Source: a virus
Taxonomy: Duplodnaviria; Caudoviricetes
Virus record (IMG/VR): IMGVR_UViG_3300032030_000016
DNA length: 64,000 nt
Strand: one strand, 5' to 3'
Part shown: positions 49,371 to 60,342 of the stretch, in pieces
Layout of the letters: each line of letters opens with the position of its first letter
Position numbering within the stretch: the first letter of the stretch is position 1
Translations under genes and position numbers: made by a program
Notes under the pieces: model-generated
Told to the model about the DNA's origin: nothing
Databases searched by the model: none
The model's input: the letters and a program-made list of their open reading frames with translations, nothing else

Positions 49371-50495
49371 ATGCTTAAAATTCAAACAAATGAAATTAGT
49401 TTTAATATTAAAGATTATGTACATCTTATAATGGGTTCAAAAAAAATTGGTAAGTCCACGTTGTTTTCTGAAATTGGAAGAGCAGAATATGGTCTTGACA
49501 AAACACTCTGTATCTCTATGGGGGATGAAGATGGTCATCAAGTTTTAAAAGGATTACCTTATGTTAACCCTAAAAATTGGGATGAATTTCATGAATTTGT
49601 TCATGATATGGTTACACATCCAGAAAACTATCCTTTTGAAATTGTATCAATTGATACAATTGATGTAATGGTGGATATGGCAATTGATAAGATTTTGAAA
49701 GAGCATTTTATCAAATATAAAGAACAATGCAAAAGTATTAATGATGCTTTTGGAGGTTATAATAGAGGTAGAGAAGCTGTTTGTCGGCTTATTTCAAATG
49801 AAATTGAACTCATTAAACAGAGTAAATATGGTTTATTTTTAATCGGCCATAATAAAGTTAAACCACAAGAAGATAAGGATGGCATTAAATTCTTGCAATT
49901 GACAAGTAATCTTGAAAGTCAATATTATAATGCTTTTGCATATAAAGCTGCTATTATTTGTAATATTGATATTGAGCAAAATATTGGAGATGCTATTCTT
50001 GATTCAAATGGTAAAACTCGTAAAGCTGGTAAACTACAGAACAGTGAACGATATATGTATTTTCGTTCAGACGGATATGTTGATGCTGGAAGTCGTTTTC
50101 GTAACATTCCTAACCGTGTTCCATTTACTGATGACCCTAAAATTGCTGCTCAAAATTATATCAATGCAGTAAAAGAAGGTATTAAAGACGCTGATGAGTT
50201 TTCAGGTAGCGATGAAGATTTTTCTAAATTAGCTAAAAAAGCTAATGAAGTAAAAGAAGAAAAAGCAAAAAAAGCAGCGGTAGCTAATATTAAAGCAGAT
50301 GAAGAAGAAGAAAGGACTATTTTGTTTGAAAAGTTCAAAAATCTTCTTATGAGTGCAAATACAAAACAAAAGAATGAAGCTGTAAATCTTGTGAAAGAAT
50401 TGGGATATTCAACAAAAGATTTAGAAACAAAATCTTCTATTGAAGAATTGAATCAACTCATTAAAATCCTTGAACAAGATAATTTCATTTCTTAA
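49371..50495 (+). CDS. AAA/RecA-fold ATPase (Sak4/YorG-like)
   Basis: GSKKIGKST Walker A, SIDTID Walker B, GGYNRG, IGH, AGSRF. Confidence 0.8.
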   Translation: MLKIQTNEISFNIKDYVHLIMGSKKIGKSTLFSEIGRAEYGLDKTLCISMGDEDGHQVLKGLPYVNPKNWDEFHEFVHDMVTHPENYPFEIVSIDTIDVMVDMAIDKILKEHFIKYKEQCKSINDAFGGYNRGREAVCRLISNEIELIKQSKYGLFLIGHNKVKPQEDKDGIKFLQLTSNLESQYYNAFAYKAAIICNIDIEQNIGDAILDSNGKTRKAGKLQNSERYMYFRSDGYVDAGSRFRNIPNRVPFTDDPKIAAQNYINAVKEGIKDADEFSGSDEDFSKLAKKANEVKEEKAKKAAVANIKADEEEERTILFEKFKNLLMSANTKQKNEAVNLVKELGYSTKDLETKSSIEELNQLIKILEQDNFIS

Positions 50496-50502
50496 TTTTG
50501 GT

Positions 50503-50530
50503 TTGACTTTTGTAAAAATGATGGTATAAT
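50503..50530 (+). promoter_or_regulatory. SigmaA-type promoter overlapped by an inverted repeat
   Basis: TTGACT-N16-TATAAT with TGn; aaaaatgatggtata / tataccatcattttt arms. Confidence 0.6.
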
Positions 50531-50581
50531 AATTTTTAATGGTTATATACCATCATTTTTTATTATAAGGAGATATATAAA

Positions 50582-50992
50582 ATGGCAAAAGAAACATATA
50601 ATCACTCATATAGAGAGGTTATTGACTTGATCTCAGAAGATCTTGGGTATCAAAAAGGTGATAAATTTAATACATTTATAGTTAAAAAATTAAAATCTCT
50701 CCGAGAAGATTATGCAGATGAAGTTATCGCTGAAGTGGTTAAAAATGAAGGATGGAAAATTCGCGGAAAACATTTTGATAAACAATATAACAAAATAGCA
50801 TATTATTTTGCCATCATAAAAAATAATATATCTTATTATAATAAAAAATATAATGAAAAAAAATCTTTTAATGAAAAAATTAAATTACAAAATGAAAATA
50901 ATTTCATAGAAGAAGATATTTTTTCTAATAGCAATAATAAAGGAAATTCTAAAAATAAACGTGATATAAGCTCTATTTTGGAGGATTTTTAA
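50582..50992 (+). CDS. Replication-associated small protein (YorH-like position)
   Basis: YYFAIIKNNI motif; upstream of the helicase. Confidence 0.5.
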   Translation: MAKETYNHSYREVIDLISEDLGYQKGDKFNTFIVKKLKSLREDYADEVIAEVVKNEGWKIRGKHFDKQYNKIAYYFAIIKNNISYYNKKYNEKKSFNEKIKLQNENNFIEEDIFSNSNNKGNSKNKRDISSILEDF

Positions 50993-52458
50993 TGATTAGA
51001 AAAAGCATTGCCCCTGTTTTATTGAAAAATAGAGATATTATAGAAGGAAACTTTGTATTGTCTTTATGGAGGTCTCCTGAACTTTTTCTTGAATATGATA
51101 TAAAACCAGATATTGATTTCAAAACAGAGGCGGGAAAGATATATTATGAAATTGGTAATGGAATGACAAAAAGAGGAATTTACACTTTTGATGAAATTTC
51201 AGTTGAAACATTTCTTAGCAGTTTCCCAGAATATAAGAAAAAGTTTGATGAATTTGGTGGTTATGAATCATATAAAGATAGCGTTAGACTTATTGACCCT
51301 GAAAATATAGAATACTATTATGATGAATTACAAAAAAGTAATTTATTAATATCTTTATACAAAGCTGGCTTTAATACGGATGAAGATTATGAACTTTTTT
51401 CAAAAGTAAAATGTCAAAATGTATATGATTACTATATCGACAAAATTGAAACAGCTTCAATTAGACAATCAAATAGTGGTATTTCTATTGATGATTTAGT
51501 TTTAACAAAGAAATTTATTGATGAATGTGATACTGGCGAAGAAATGGGCTTAAGTTATGGAAAAACTTGTCCAATTCTCAATAGTATTACAATGGGAATA
51601 ATGTCAAAAGAAGTTATGTTTTTTTGCGGTCAGAGTGGAACATTTAAAACATCGTTTTCTTTTGCAAATTTTTTAATGCCATTAGTTGATAATGGTAATA
51701 AAGTTTGTATTATATCCAACGAACAAAGCATTAGGGAATTTATCAGAATTTTAGCAGTTATGACATTGACAAAAAAATTTAATTACTTTAAAATAAATAG
51801 AAAAAAACTAATTGCTGGTGGATTTACTGATGAGCAAAAGGAATACCTATATAGGGCTTCTGATTTTACGGAAGAAAATTATAAAGGAAATTTATTCTTC
51901 AGTAGTATTGGAGATTATGATATTAATACAGTTTCTAAAATTATTAGAAAAAAATCAAGAGAAGGTGTAAAAGTATTTCTCTATGATACTTTTAAATCAG
52001 ACAACTTATCTGATGAACAATTTTGGGGAAAGCTCATGCAAGATAGTCAAGATTTACTTCAAATTGCAAGAAAAGAAGATGTAAGTATTATTTTAACATA
52101 TCAGTTAGCAACAGGAAAGCAGAGAGAAAGATACTTGGATGCGACTTGTCTTGGTGCCTCAAAAGGTGTAAAAAATATTTGTTCTCAAATGATTCTTTCG
52201 AGACCATTGTTTCCCGATGAGTTCACAGGAGAGAAGAATGAAATTGAAGCATATAGAATAAATTATAAAGAAAAAGATGAAGCTGGGAATCCTAAGAAAG
52301 AAAGAATAACAATTATTCCTGATCAAGATTCAGTTTATATAGTTGTTTTTATTGAAAAATCAAGAACAGACAAAGGTAGAAAACAAATTCTTTATAAAGT
52401 TAATGGTGATTTTAATTTATGGCAAGAAATGGGTTATTGTAATGTGAAATATGTATAA
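50992..52458 (+). CDS. dnaB: Replicative DNA helicase (DnaB family)
   Basis: GQSGTFKTS, ISNEQ, YDTFK, YQLA, EKSR. Confidence 0.85.
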   Translation: MIRKSIAPVLLKNRDIIEGNFVLSLWRSPELFLEYDIKPDIDFKTEAGKIYYEIGNGMTKRGIYTFDEISVETFLSSFPEYKKKFDEFGGYESYKDSVRLIDPENIEYYYDELQKSNLLISLYKAGFNTDEDYELFSKVKCQNVYDYYIDKIETASIRQSNSGISIDDLVLTKKFIDECDTGEEMGLSYGKTCPILNSITMGIMSKEVMFFCGQSGTFKTSFSFANFLMPLVDNGNKVCIISNEQSIREFIRILAVMTLTKKFNYFKINRKKLIAGGFTDEQKEYLYRASDFTEENYKGNLFFSSIGDYDINTVSKIIRKKSREGVKVFLYDTFKSDNLSDEQFWGKLMQDSQDLLQIARKEDVSIILTYQLATGKQRERYLDATCLGASKGVKNICSQMILSRPLFPDEFTGEKNEIEAYRINYKEKDEAGNPKKERITIIPDQDSVYIVVFIEKSRTDKGRKQILYKVNGDFNLWQEMGYCNVKYV

Positions 52459-53494
52459 TTCTGTTGATGATATAAAGGATTTTTTGATAAACAATCCAGA
52501 AAAAATTGTTGAATTATTAGAAAACATGAATTTTTATAATGTCACATACAGAAGATATTGTAATCAAATTCGATGTTCTAAAACACCAGAAAGCAATAAA
52601 AACGGTGTAGAAATTTATTGTGATAGTTTATTTGGAGTTATATATTCTACAGGAATTCGGGGAGATATCTTTCAAATAATCATGGAGCACAATAATATAT
52701 CTTTTTCTGAATTAATTAAATTTATTGAAAATTTTTTTAATTTAGAAAGGAAATTTTATTCAAATAAAAAACCTCTTTTTGGTGGTGTTTATGCAAAATA
52801 TTCTAAAAAACAGGATTATAAAGAGATAGAGATAGAAGAAAAGGAAGAAGAGTATGATATTTCTATTTTAAATAATTACAGAAACTTGCCTTCAATGTTA
52901 TTTTATAATGATGGAATAGACATTAACACTCAAAAGAAGTTTCATATATGTTATGATGATAACAGTTCGAGAATTTGTGTTCCTTGGTTTAATGAAAAAG
53001 GTAAAATTGTTGGAATAGAAGGAAGAATAAATCAAGCAGAAGTAGATGAAGATACTCCAAAATGGTTTCCTGTTATACCTTTTAAAAAAACAAATCATTT
53101 ATATGGTTTTTTTGAAAATTATTCTGATATAATATATAACAATGATTTATATATATTTGAAAGTACAAAAAGTGTTATGAAATGTTCTGCATTAGGAATA
53201 AATAATGCCTGTGCTTGCGGTGGGAATTCATTGTCTAAAAATCAAGTGTCAAAAATATTAAAAACATATGTTGAAAATGTGATTATTTGTTTAGATGAAG
53301 ATATAACTGAAACACATATGATTCGACAATGTGAGAAATTTAAAAAATTATATTTTTATAAAAAGAATGTTTTTTATATTTTTGATGAAAATAGAAAATA
53401 TTTAAAATATGGAAGTAAAACATCACCTATTGATTATGGATTGGATGTTTTTAATCAATTACTAAATGAATGTAAAAAAGAATATAAGGAATGA
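52451..53494 (+). CDS. DNA primase (TOPRIM)
   Basis: RICVPW..GKIVGIEGR, LYG, FES, CLDED. Confidence 0.75.
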   Translation: MYNSVDDIKDFLINNPEKIVELLENMNFYNVTYRRYCNQIRCSKTPESNKNGVEIYCDSLFGVIYSTGIRGDIFQIIMEHNNISFSELIKFIENFFNLERKFYSNKKPLFGGVYAKYSKKQDYKEIEIEEKEEEYDISILNNYRNLPSMLFYNDGIDINTQKKFHICYDDNSSRICVPWFNEKGKIVGIEGRINQAEVDEDTPKWFPVIPFKKTNHLYGFFENYSDIIYNNDLYIFESTKSVMKCSALGINNACACGGNSLSKNQVSKILKTYVENVIICLDEDITETHMIRQCEKFKKLYFYKKNVFYIFDENRKYLKYGSKTSPIDYGLDVFNQLLNECKKEYKE

Positions 53495-53742
53495 ATAAAA
53501 TGGATATTTTAAAAGACAATAAAATAGTTGATGTTAATGAAAAAATAAGACTGGAAATGACAGTCGGTGATTTTTTAAGTATGTATATAGCAAAAATGAC
53601 TTGTTTACCACATGAATTTGAATCATGCCAAAAACAATTTTTTCCAGAAGTAGATGAAGATTTGTATTTGGAATCTGTAGATACATCAGAAATGGAATGG
53701 ATAATAGATGAAATTAGATTCCCCCATAAAGAATGGCTGTAA
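53491..53742 (+). CDS. Hypothetical protein
   Basis: Coupled ORF. Confidence 0.5.
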   Translation: MNKMDILKDNKIVDVNEKIRLEMTVGDFLSMYIAKMTCLPHEFESCQKQFFPEVDEDLYLESVDTSEMEWIIDEIRFPHKEWL

Positions 53743-54836
53743 TAATGATAACATATATAAGAGAAGACGCAGATAATAAATTATTTGAATTGAAAGAAAA
53801 AAATATTCCAGTCTACTCTGTTAGTAGATTGGAAACTTATAATACTTGTAAATACAAATATTATAAAACATATGTGATGCAAAGCAAAGAAAAATCAGAA
53901 AACATATATTCTGTACTTGGAAGTAAAGTTCATTCTTTGTTAGAAAAACAATTTATATTAAAAAGAAACAACTCAAAAGAAGAAATTGATTTTAGTAAAG
54001 AAATTTTAAGTGAATTACAAAATGCTGAACTAAAAGGATATTCGTTTTCATCTGAAAAAGTAAAAGAGAAGTGGATATATGATATTATCCATTTTTGTAA
54101 TAACTCTAAATTTTATGAAATGAATATTATAGAAAACGAATTACATTTTTTATTAGATTTTGATGGTTTGTGGTTTCAAGGATATATAGATGCTGTTGTA
54201 GATAACGGAGATAACACTGTTTCTGTTATAGACTGGAAAACATCATCAGCATTTAAAGCATCCGAATTAGACAAAAAAGCAAGACAATTACTTTTATATA
54301 AAATAGCTCTTGAAGAAGCTGGAACGACTGTATCACATGTATATTGGGATATGCTTAAATATGCCGATATTTCATGGATAAATAAATCTAAAAAAATATC
54401 TCACAGAATTTGTGAAAGAAATGAAATTCTTGATAAGATGAAAAATGAGTTTACAAAATATCTATATGAATTAGGATATAATGATAATGAAATAAATGAA
54501 ATGTTTTCATCTTGCGAAACAATGAACACTTTAGATTTTTTTCCTGAAGAATTAATTAATAAATATAAGATAAATGATTATTTATTAGAATATGATACAA
54601 ATATTGAAAAGGAAAATGAGTTTTTGAGTTATGTTGATGATACAGTTTATGAAATAGAAAGTAATATAAATAATGAATCTTTTTGGGTTCCTGAGATTAT
54701 TGATGAAAAAAATTCCTTTTTTTGTAATATGTTGTGTGATGTTTCAAAATTATGTGATGCATTTAAAAAATACCAATCAGGAATTACAAATTTTCAAAAA
54801 TTAGAAGATTCTTTTTTGAAAGATTTATTTGGATAA
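53733..54836 (+). CDS. PD-(D/E)XK nuclease, Cas4/AddB-like with four Cys
   Basis: YSVSRL..C, GSKVHSLLE, GYIDAV, IDWKT, QLLLY, FCNMLC..C. Confidence 0.82.
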   Translation: MAVIMITYIREDADNKLFELKEKNIPVYSVSRLETYNTCKYKYYKTYVMQSKEKSENIYSVLGSKVHSLLEKQFILKRNNSKEEIDFSKEILSELQNAELKGYSFSSEKVKEKWIYDIIHFCNNSKFYEMNIIENELHFLLDFDGLWFQGYIDAVVDNGDNTVSVIDWKTSSAFKASELDKKARQLLLYKIALEEAGTTVSHVYWDMLKYADISWINKSKKISHRICERNEILDKMKNEFTKYLYELGYNDNEINEMFSSCETMNTLDFFPEELINKYKINDYLLEYDTNIEKENEFLSYVDDTVYEIESNINNESFWVPEIIDEKNSFFCNMLCDVSKLCDAFKKYQSGITNFQKLEDSFLKDLFG

Positions 54837-54838
54837 TA

Positions 54839-54867
54839 TTGATTTTTTTATTTTTTAATGATATAAT
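54839..54867 (+). promoter_or_regulatory. SigmaA-type promoter for dnaE
   Basis: TTGATT-N17-TATAAT with TGn. Confidence 0.65.
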
Positions 54868-54887
54868 CTAAATAGAGGATTTAAAAT

Positions 54888-57800
54888 ATGGCTTTTGTAA
54901 ATTATCATAAACATAGTATGTGGACAAATATTAGACAAGCAGATTCCTCAACTTTTGTTGAGGAATATGTTGATAGGATTAAACAATTAAATCAAAATGT
55001 TTTGTCAACTGTGGAACACGGATGGCAAGGCAATGTTATAAACTATTATGAGTTAGCAAAGGCTAATAATTTAAAACTTTTAATTGGTGCTGAAGCATAT
55101 TGGGTAAAAGATAGAAAAGAAAAAGATTCTACAAATTGTCATATTTGTTTACTTGCAAAAAATGAAAATGGTAGGAGAGCTTTAAATAAAGCTCTTACAA
55201 TTGCAAATGTTGAGGGTTTTTATTATAAACCTCGTCTTGATGTTGAGACTATATTGTCATTACCAAAAGATGATATTTGGTGCACTTCAGCTTGCCTTGC
55301 TTTTTATAAATATGGTTTTGAATATTCTAAAGAATTTGTATTAAAATTACATGAACATTTTGGAGATAATTTTTATTTAGAAGTACAAAATCATAATGTT
55401 GATATCCAAAAAGAAATCAACTCCAATATTTTAAATTGGTCTAAAGAATATGATATAGAATATATATGCGGTCTTGATTCTCATTATATTTATCCAGAAG
55501 ACGCAAAAAAAAGAAATGCTTATATTGAAAGTAGAAACATTCGTTATCCTGAAGAAGAGCAATTTATTCTTGATTTTCCAGATGAAAAAACTATTTTTGA
55601 TAGATTTAAAATTCAAGGTGTTTTATCTGAAGATGAAATAGAAAAATCAATAAAAAATACATATGTATTTGAAAATGTTGAACAATATACAGGAGAATGT
55701 TTTACAAAAGAAATTAAAATGCCTGTTGCTTTAAAATATAAAGAAATGACAACAGAGCAAAAAGAAGATGAATTAAGAAAAATTGTTTACACTGGATTTA
55801 ATGAATATAGTAAAGATTTTGATGAAAAAAAGAAACAAGAATATAAAAATGAAATTGAAAGAAATTTAGCAGTTATTCATGAAATCAATCATGCTGATTA
55901 TTTCTTAGGAAATTATGAATTTATCAAGAAAGGAAAAGAACTTGGATGTATGTTAAGTCCAACAGGAAGAGGCTCTTCAGTTTCTTTTCTTGTAAATTTC
56001 TTTCTTGGATTTACCAAAGTTGATAAAATGCAATCAGCTATCCCTCTTTATGCTGAAAGATTTTTGTCTGCAAAAAGAGTTCTTGAAGCGAAAAGCCTTG
56101 CGGATATTGATCATAATTCAGGATATCCTGATAAATTACAGCTAGCAATGGAAGATGTATATGGAAAAGGACATTGTTACCCCTTAATTGCTTATGGAAC
56201 AATGAAGGCTAAAGGGGCTTGGAAAATGTATGCAAGAGTTAATAATGTTGATTTCGATATTGCAAATAAAATTTCTGAGCAAATTGACCAATATGAACTT
56301 GATGTAAAACATGCTTCTGAGGATGAAAAAGATAATATAAATATTCAAGATTATATTTCTCCTGAATATTATGAGATATACAAAGAAAGCACAAGTTATT
56401 TGAAACTTGTTAATAGTTTATCTGTACACCCTTGTGCGAATCTTCTTTATTCGGAAGATATTATTGAAGAATTTGGTCTAATTCTTGTAAAAAGTGATAC
56501 AAATAAAAAAGAAACTCTTTGTGTTTGCGCTGACGGTGCTTGGATTGAAAATTATAAGTTTTTAAAAGCAGACTTATTAAAAGTAGATGTTTCTAAATTA
56601 ATATATCGCTTATATGACAGAATTGGTGGTGATGTAATTTCTATTGAAGATTTATTGACGTTAGCAGAAAAACATAATGCTTGGGATATTTATGCTCGTG
56701 GAATCACAATGGGAATTAATCAGGTTGAACAAGAAGGCTCAAGACAAAAAGTAATGAGATATAAACCACGTAATATTGCCGAATTAGCTGCTTTTGTAGC
56801 TGCTGTTAGGCCCGGTTTTAAATCTCTTTACAAAAAATTTGAAGATAGAGAAACTTTATCATATGGAGTGCAAGGAATTGATAAACTACTTGTTTCTACA
56901 CATGGAATGATGATGTATCAAGAAAACGTTATGGCAATATTGAACTACGCTGGCTATGATATGTCTGACTGTTATACAATGCTTAAAGCAATTGCAAAAA
57001 AGAAACCAGAAGTTGTTCAAAAATGCAAAACAGAATTTCATGAAATGATGTTTAAAAAATTAACAACCGTAGAAAACATAGAATCAAATAGAGCGAAACA
57101 AATTATTGAAGATATTTGGCAAGTTATTAGTGATTGTTGTGGGTATGCATTCAATTCGTCACATGCCATGTGTGTAGCTCTTGATGGCTTATATTGTGCA
57201 TTAATTAAAAAAACATATCCATTGCTTTTTTATGAAGTATATTTAAATCTTCTCGAAGAGAACCAAGATAAGGACAAAATTGTATTAGCCAAAGAAGAAG
57301 CAACCAAATATTTCGACATCTCATTTCCAAAACCAAAATTTGGGGATGATAATAGAAAATCTATCGCAAATATAAAAAATAATAGCATTGCAACTTCTCT
57401 AAAATCAATTAAAGGTTTTTCTGCAACAACATCTGAAGATTTATATAAACTTGGTTTAATTTTTAGTAATAAAAAAGCAACTTTTTATGATATACTTAAA
57501 AAGATAGAAGATAAGAAACTAAAAATAAATACTGCACATATAGAAAAACTTATTGCTATTGGATATTTTTCTAATTATGGGTCAATATCTTGTTTGATAA
57601 AGTTTTATTCTTGTTATCAAAAAATACATGGGAGAAAGGAATTTAAAATATCTAATGAAGAAAAAATTCCTATAAAAATAGATGTATTGAGAAATTTTTG
57701 TGAAGTAGAGACATCGAAGACATTAAAAGGATTTAATGAAGTAGGATTTTTCAATTTTCTTCTACAAAAATTAAATTCATTACAAGATAATATAAAAGAC

Positions 57801-58133
57801 GTGCTTTTTTACGAAAATGAATATCTTGGTCAGATATATACTAAAGATGAAAATGCTCCAGACAATCTTTATTATGTAGAAGAAATGATGTTTAAAAAAA
57901 CAATTCGGTCTGTTTTATATCACATAAAAGATGGTACATATAAAACAGTAAAAATAAGAAAAAAAGTTTTTGATGAATCTCCGTTTACAAGTAATGAAAT
58001 GATAAAAGTATATGAAATAAAACAAGAACCAAGATATGTGTATCAAGGTGAAGATGAAAATGGAAAACCAAAATTCATAAAAGATTATGAAAATATGGAA
58101 GACATTTTAAAAGATTATTATATTGTAGAATAA
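54888..58133 (+). CDS. dnaE: DNA polymerase III alpha subunit (DnaE family)
   Basis: PHP HKH/EHG/DSHY; GRGS, ERFLS, DID, SVHP, KADLL, YQE, YAFNSSHA. Confidence 0.93.
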   Translation: MAFVNYHKHSMWTNIRQADSSTFVEEYVDRIKQLNQNVLSTVEHGWQGNVINYYELAKANNLKLLIGAEAYWVKDRKEKDSTNCHICLLAKNENGRRALNKALTIANVEGFYYKPRLDVETILSLPKDDIWCTSACLAFYKYGFEYSKEFVLKLHEHFGDNFYLEVQNHNVDIQKEINSNILNWSKEYDIEYICGLDSHYIYPEDAKKRNAYIESRNIRYPEEEQFILDFPDEKTIFDRFKIQGVLSEDEIEKSIKNTYVFENVEQYTGECFTKEIKMPVALKYKEMTTEQKEDELRKIVYTGFNEYSKDFDEKKKQEYKNEIERNLAVIHEINHADYFLGNYEFIKKGKELGCMLSPTGRGSSVSFLVNFFLGFTKVDKMQSAIPLYAERFLSAKRVLEAKSLADIDHNSGYPDKLQLAMEDVYGKGHCYPLIAYGTMKAKGAWKMYARVNNVDFDIANKISEQIDQYELDVKHASEDEKDNINIQDYISPEYYEIYKESTSYLKLVNSLSVHPCANLLYSEDIIEEFGLILVKSDTNKKETLCVCADGAWIENYKFLKADLLKVDVSKLIYRLYDRIGGDVISIEDLLTLAEKHNAWDIYARGITMGINQVEQEGSRQKVMRYKPRNIAELAAFVAAVRPGFKSLYKKFEDRETLSYGVQGIDKLLVSTHGMMMYQENVMAILNYAGYDMSDCYTMLKAIAKKKPEVVQKCKTEFHEMMFKKLTTVENIESNRAKQIIEDIWQVISDCCGYAFNSSHAMCVALDGLYCALIKKTYPLLFYEVYLNLLEENQDKDKIVLAKEEATKYFDISFPKPKFGDDNRKSIANIKNNSIATSLKSIKGFSATTSEDLYKLGLIFSNKKATFYDILKKIEDKKLKINTAHIEKLIAIGYFSNYGSISCLIKFYSCYQKIHGRKEFKISNEEKIPIKIDVLRNFCEVETSKTLKGFNEVGFFNFLLQKLNSLQDNIKDVLFYENEYLGQIYTKDENAPDNLYYVEEMMFKKTIRSVLYHIKDGTYKTVKIRKKVFDESPFTSNEMIKVYEIKQEPRYVYQGEDENGKPKFIKDYENMEDILKDYYIVE

Positions 58134-58143
58134 GAGGTAATAT

Positions 58144-58932
58144 ATGATGTGCTGTGAAGATTGTGATGGTAATACTTATTTTTGTGATGATAATACTTAT
58201 TTTGTTGTAAAAACAAATAGTACCAGTTCAGACTATGTATGGAATAGTTGGGATAGTTGGAATGACTGGAATGACTTTTTGAATAAATATATGTCCAGAA
58301 ACGATTTTAATTCTCAAAAAGAGAAAACAGAAATGGTTTTGCCAGAAATTATTCATGAAACTAAAAACGATGTATATGTGGCAAAATTTCCTGATGGGAC
58401 AAAAGAAGTCGATATTTTAAAACCAAATCATGGTGATGAATATGATTTAGAAAAAGGTCTTTTGTATTATGTTATTAAACATAACCTTAATTTAGGAAAA
58501 GTTCTTGATTGGATGAGACCCATACTCGATGAGACAAAGCGGCCTGAAAATATAGAAAAACATAATAAAAAGCTTGAGGCAAAAATCAATAAATGGTTCA
58601 TGGAAAAAAATGATAAACCAATTGATGATAAAGAATGTCAAAAAATTATTGATAATAAAGTTTTTAATATTAATAGTTTAAAATATGAAATTGAAGTATC
58701 TATTAAAGATGGTGGTATTATTGGAATTTACGATAAGGAAAAAGAAGATTTTGTTGATATGATAAAACCCGGATTCCCACGTAAAGGATTTTTAAGACAT
58801 CTTATTTATAGACTTTATGATGAAGGATATACAACTCTTGAATATTTTCAATTGAAGAAATTGACTTATAAATTCTATAAAGGTTGTTTTGATTCAGTTG
58901 AAAAAGAATGTAAAAATGAAGAACATTGGTAA
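58144..58932 (+). CDS. Hypothetical protein
   Basis: 262-aa ORF with GAGG RBS. Confidence 0.55.
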   Translation: MMCCEDCDGNTYFCDDNTYFVVKTNSTSSDYVWNSWDSWNDWNDFLNKYMSRNDFNSQKEKTEMVLPEIIHETKNDVYVAKFPDGTKEVDILKPNHGDEYDLEKGLLYYVIKHNLNLGKVLDWMRPILDETKRPENIEKHNKKLEAKINKWFMEKNDKPIDDKECQKIIDNKVFNINSLKYEIEVSIKDGGIIGIYDKEKEDFVDMIKPGFPRKGFLRHLIYRLYDEGYTTLEYFQLKKLTYKFYKGCFDSVEKECKNEEHW

Positions 58933-58940
58933 TTTTATTG

Positions 58941-59000
58941 TTGACAAAAAATTATAAAGATAGTATAATAATAAGTGGATTATAATCCACTTATTATTAT
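58941..59000 (+). promoter_or_regulatory. SigmaA promoter overlapped by a perfect 36-bp palindrome
   Basis: TTGACA 58941-N17-TATAAT 58964; palindrome 58965-59000. Confidence 0.8.
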
Positions 59001-59016
59001 TTAAAGGATTTTTTTT

Positions 59017-60342
59017 ATGACTTCATATGGACGAACAACTATAGCTGAATCAAAAATGATGTTTTATCCAACTGATAGAATAGAACAATATAGATTGTTT
59101 TTCTTTTTAACTAATCTTGGAAGAACTGAACTTACAACAAAAAAGCTGGTCGAACATTTTTATGGACAACAATATCAAATTGACCAAATAAATAAATTAT
59201 ATGTACCTAAATTATATTTAAATTCATATAGATTTGATTATTATTACCCTTGGTTTTATCTTCTTGAAAAGGGAGATGTTACAACACTAGATATGATTTT
59301 TTCTGATAGAAATAAGGAATGTCAATCTTATACAAAAAAAACGTCAAAAGAAATGAAATATGAAGTGGTTTGTGACTTATTTTGCGGTGAAGGAGAATGG
59401 TTAAGTCTATTTGGACTTTGGAATGATGTTATCACCATTGGAAATGAAATAGAACAAAATCGGTATGAAAAAAGTAAGGAAAGAAATATTGACATATTAT
59501 TTAATAATGCATATGAAGAAATAATTCTTCCTAAAAATACAATTGATATTATGTTATTTAATCCACCTTATGGACAACTTAATGGTGTAAGAAATTCATA
59601 TTATTATTTAAAAGATATTATTGAAAAACAATATGTGAAAGAAGGTGGGTATATTGTTTGTGTATTACGCAAACAAGATATGGAAGATTGCATTGAATTA
59701 ATGCTTTCTGCTGGTTCAATTCATCTATTGTATAAATTCAATGATACTGAATATGAAAAATACCAACAATTTGGAGCTATTTTAAAAATAGAAGATAGAA
59801 ATTTGGGACAAGATTATGTATTAAGGCGATTAAGTGAAAAATTTAGATATTTATCTGCACTAAAAGAAGAATATAATTTTCAAAACACCACAGTTATGAA
59901 TAGCATGAGGTTTTTTACTCAAACTATAAATATAAAAAAATCAGAATTTAAAGAATATATATTAAAAAACATAGAATATCAAAATAAAAAAATAAAATCC
60001 AATATTAATGATGTTTTATGGAAAAACATAAAAAAAGAAACATCTGCACCAAATATAGAAGTTTCTAAAATAACAATGCCGAAACAGCCAAAATATAACG
60101 AACTCTCAAATATTATTGCTGCTGGATATATTAATAGTGATTTTGATGATAGAGATGAAATTCCTCATGTTGCCGTAGGTGGTGTAAAGCAAGTTGTCGA
60201 TAATATGGAAATTTATGATGATTCTAAACAAAAGAAAGAACTTGTATATAAAAAAGCAGTACCTTATTTACGATTGTTGTATGTTGATAAAGAAAATGAA
60301 AAATACAAATATTGCTTAAAGGATATACAAACGAATGAATGA
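59017..60342 (+). CDS. N6-adenine DNA methyltransferase-like protein (DUF6094-type)
   Basis: FYPT, DLFCGEG (motif I), NPPYG (motif IV). Confidence 0.8.
   Translation: MTSYGRTTIAESKMMFYPTDRIEQYRLFFFLTNLGRTELTTKKLVEHFYGQQYQIDQINKLYVPKLYLNSYRFDYYYPWFYLLEKGDVTTLDMIFSDRNKECQSYTKKTSKEMKYEVVCDLFCGEGEWLSLFGLWNDVITIGNEIEQNRYEKSKERNIDILFNNAYEEIILPKNTIDIMLFNPPYGQLNGVRNSYYYLKDIIEKQYVKEGGYIVCVLRKQDMEDCIELMLSAGSIHLLYKFNDTEYEKYQQFGAILKIEDRNLGQDYVLRRLSEKFRYLSALKEEYNFQNTTVMNSMRFFTQTINIKKSEFKEYILKNIEYQNKKIKSNINDVLWKNIKKETSAPNIEVSKITMPKQPKYNELSNIIAAGYINSDFDDRDEIPHVAVGGVKQVVDNMEIYDDSKQKKELVYKKAVPYLRLLYVDKENEKYKYCLKDIQTNE

Noticed and set aside
50992-58133. Inteins or introns in helicase, DnaE or terminase
   Set aside because: Protein lengths and motif spacing are normal; no splice motifs seen.
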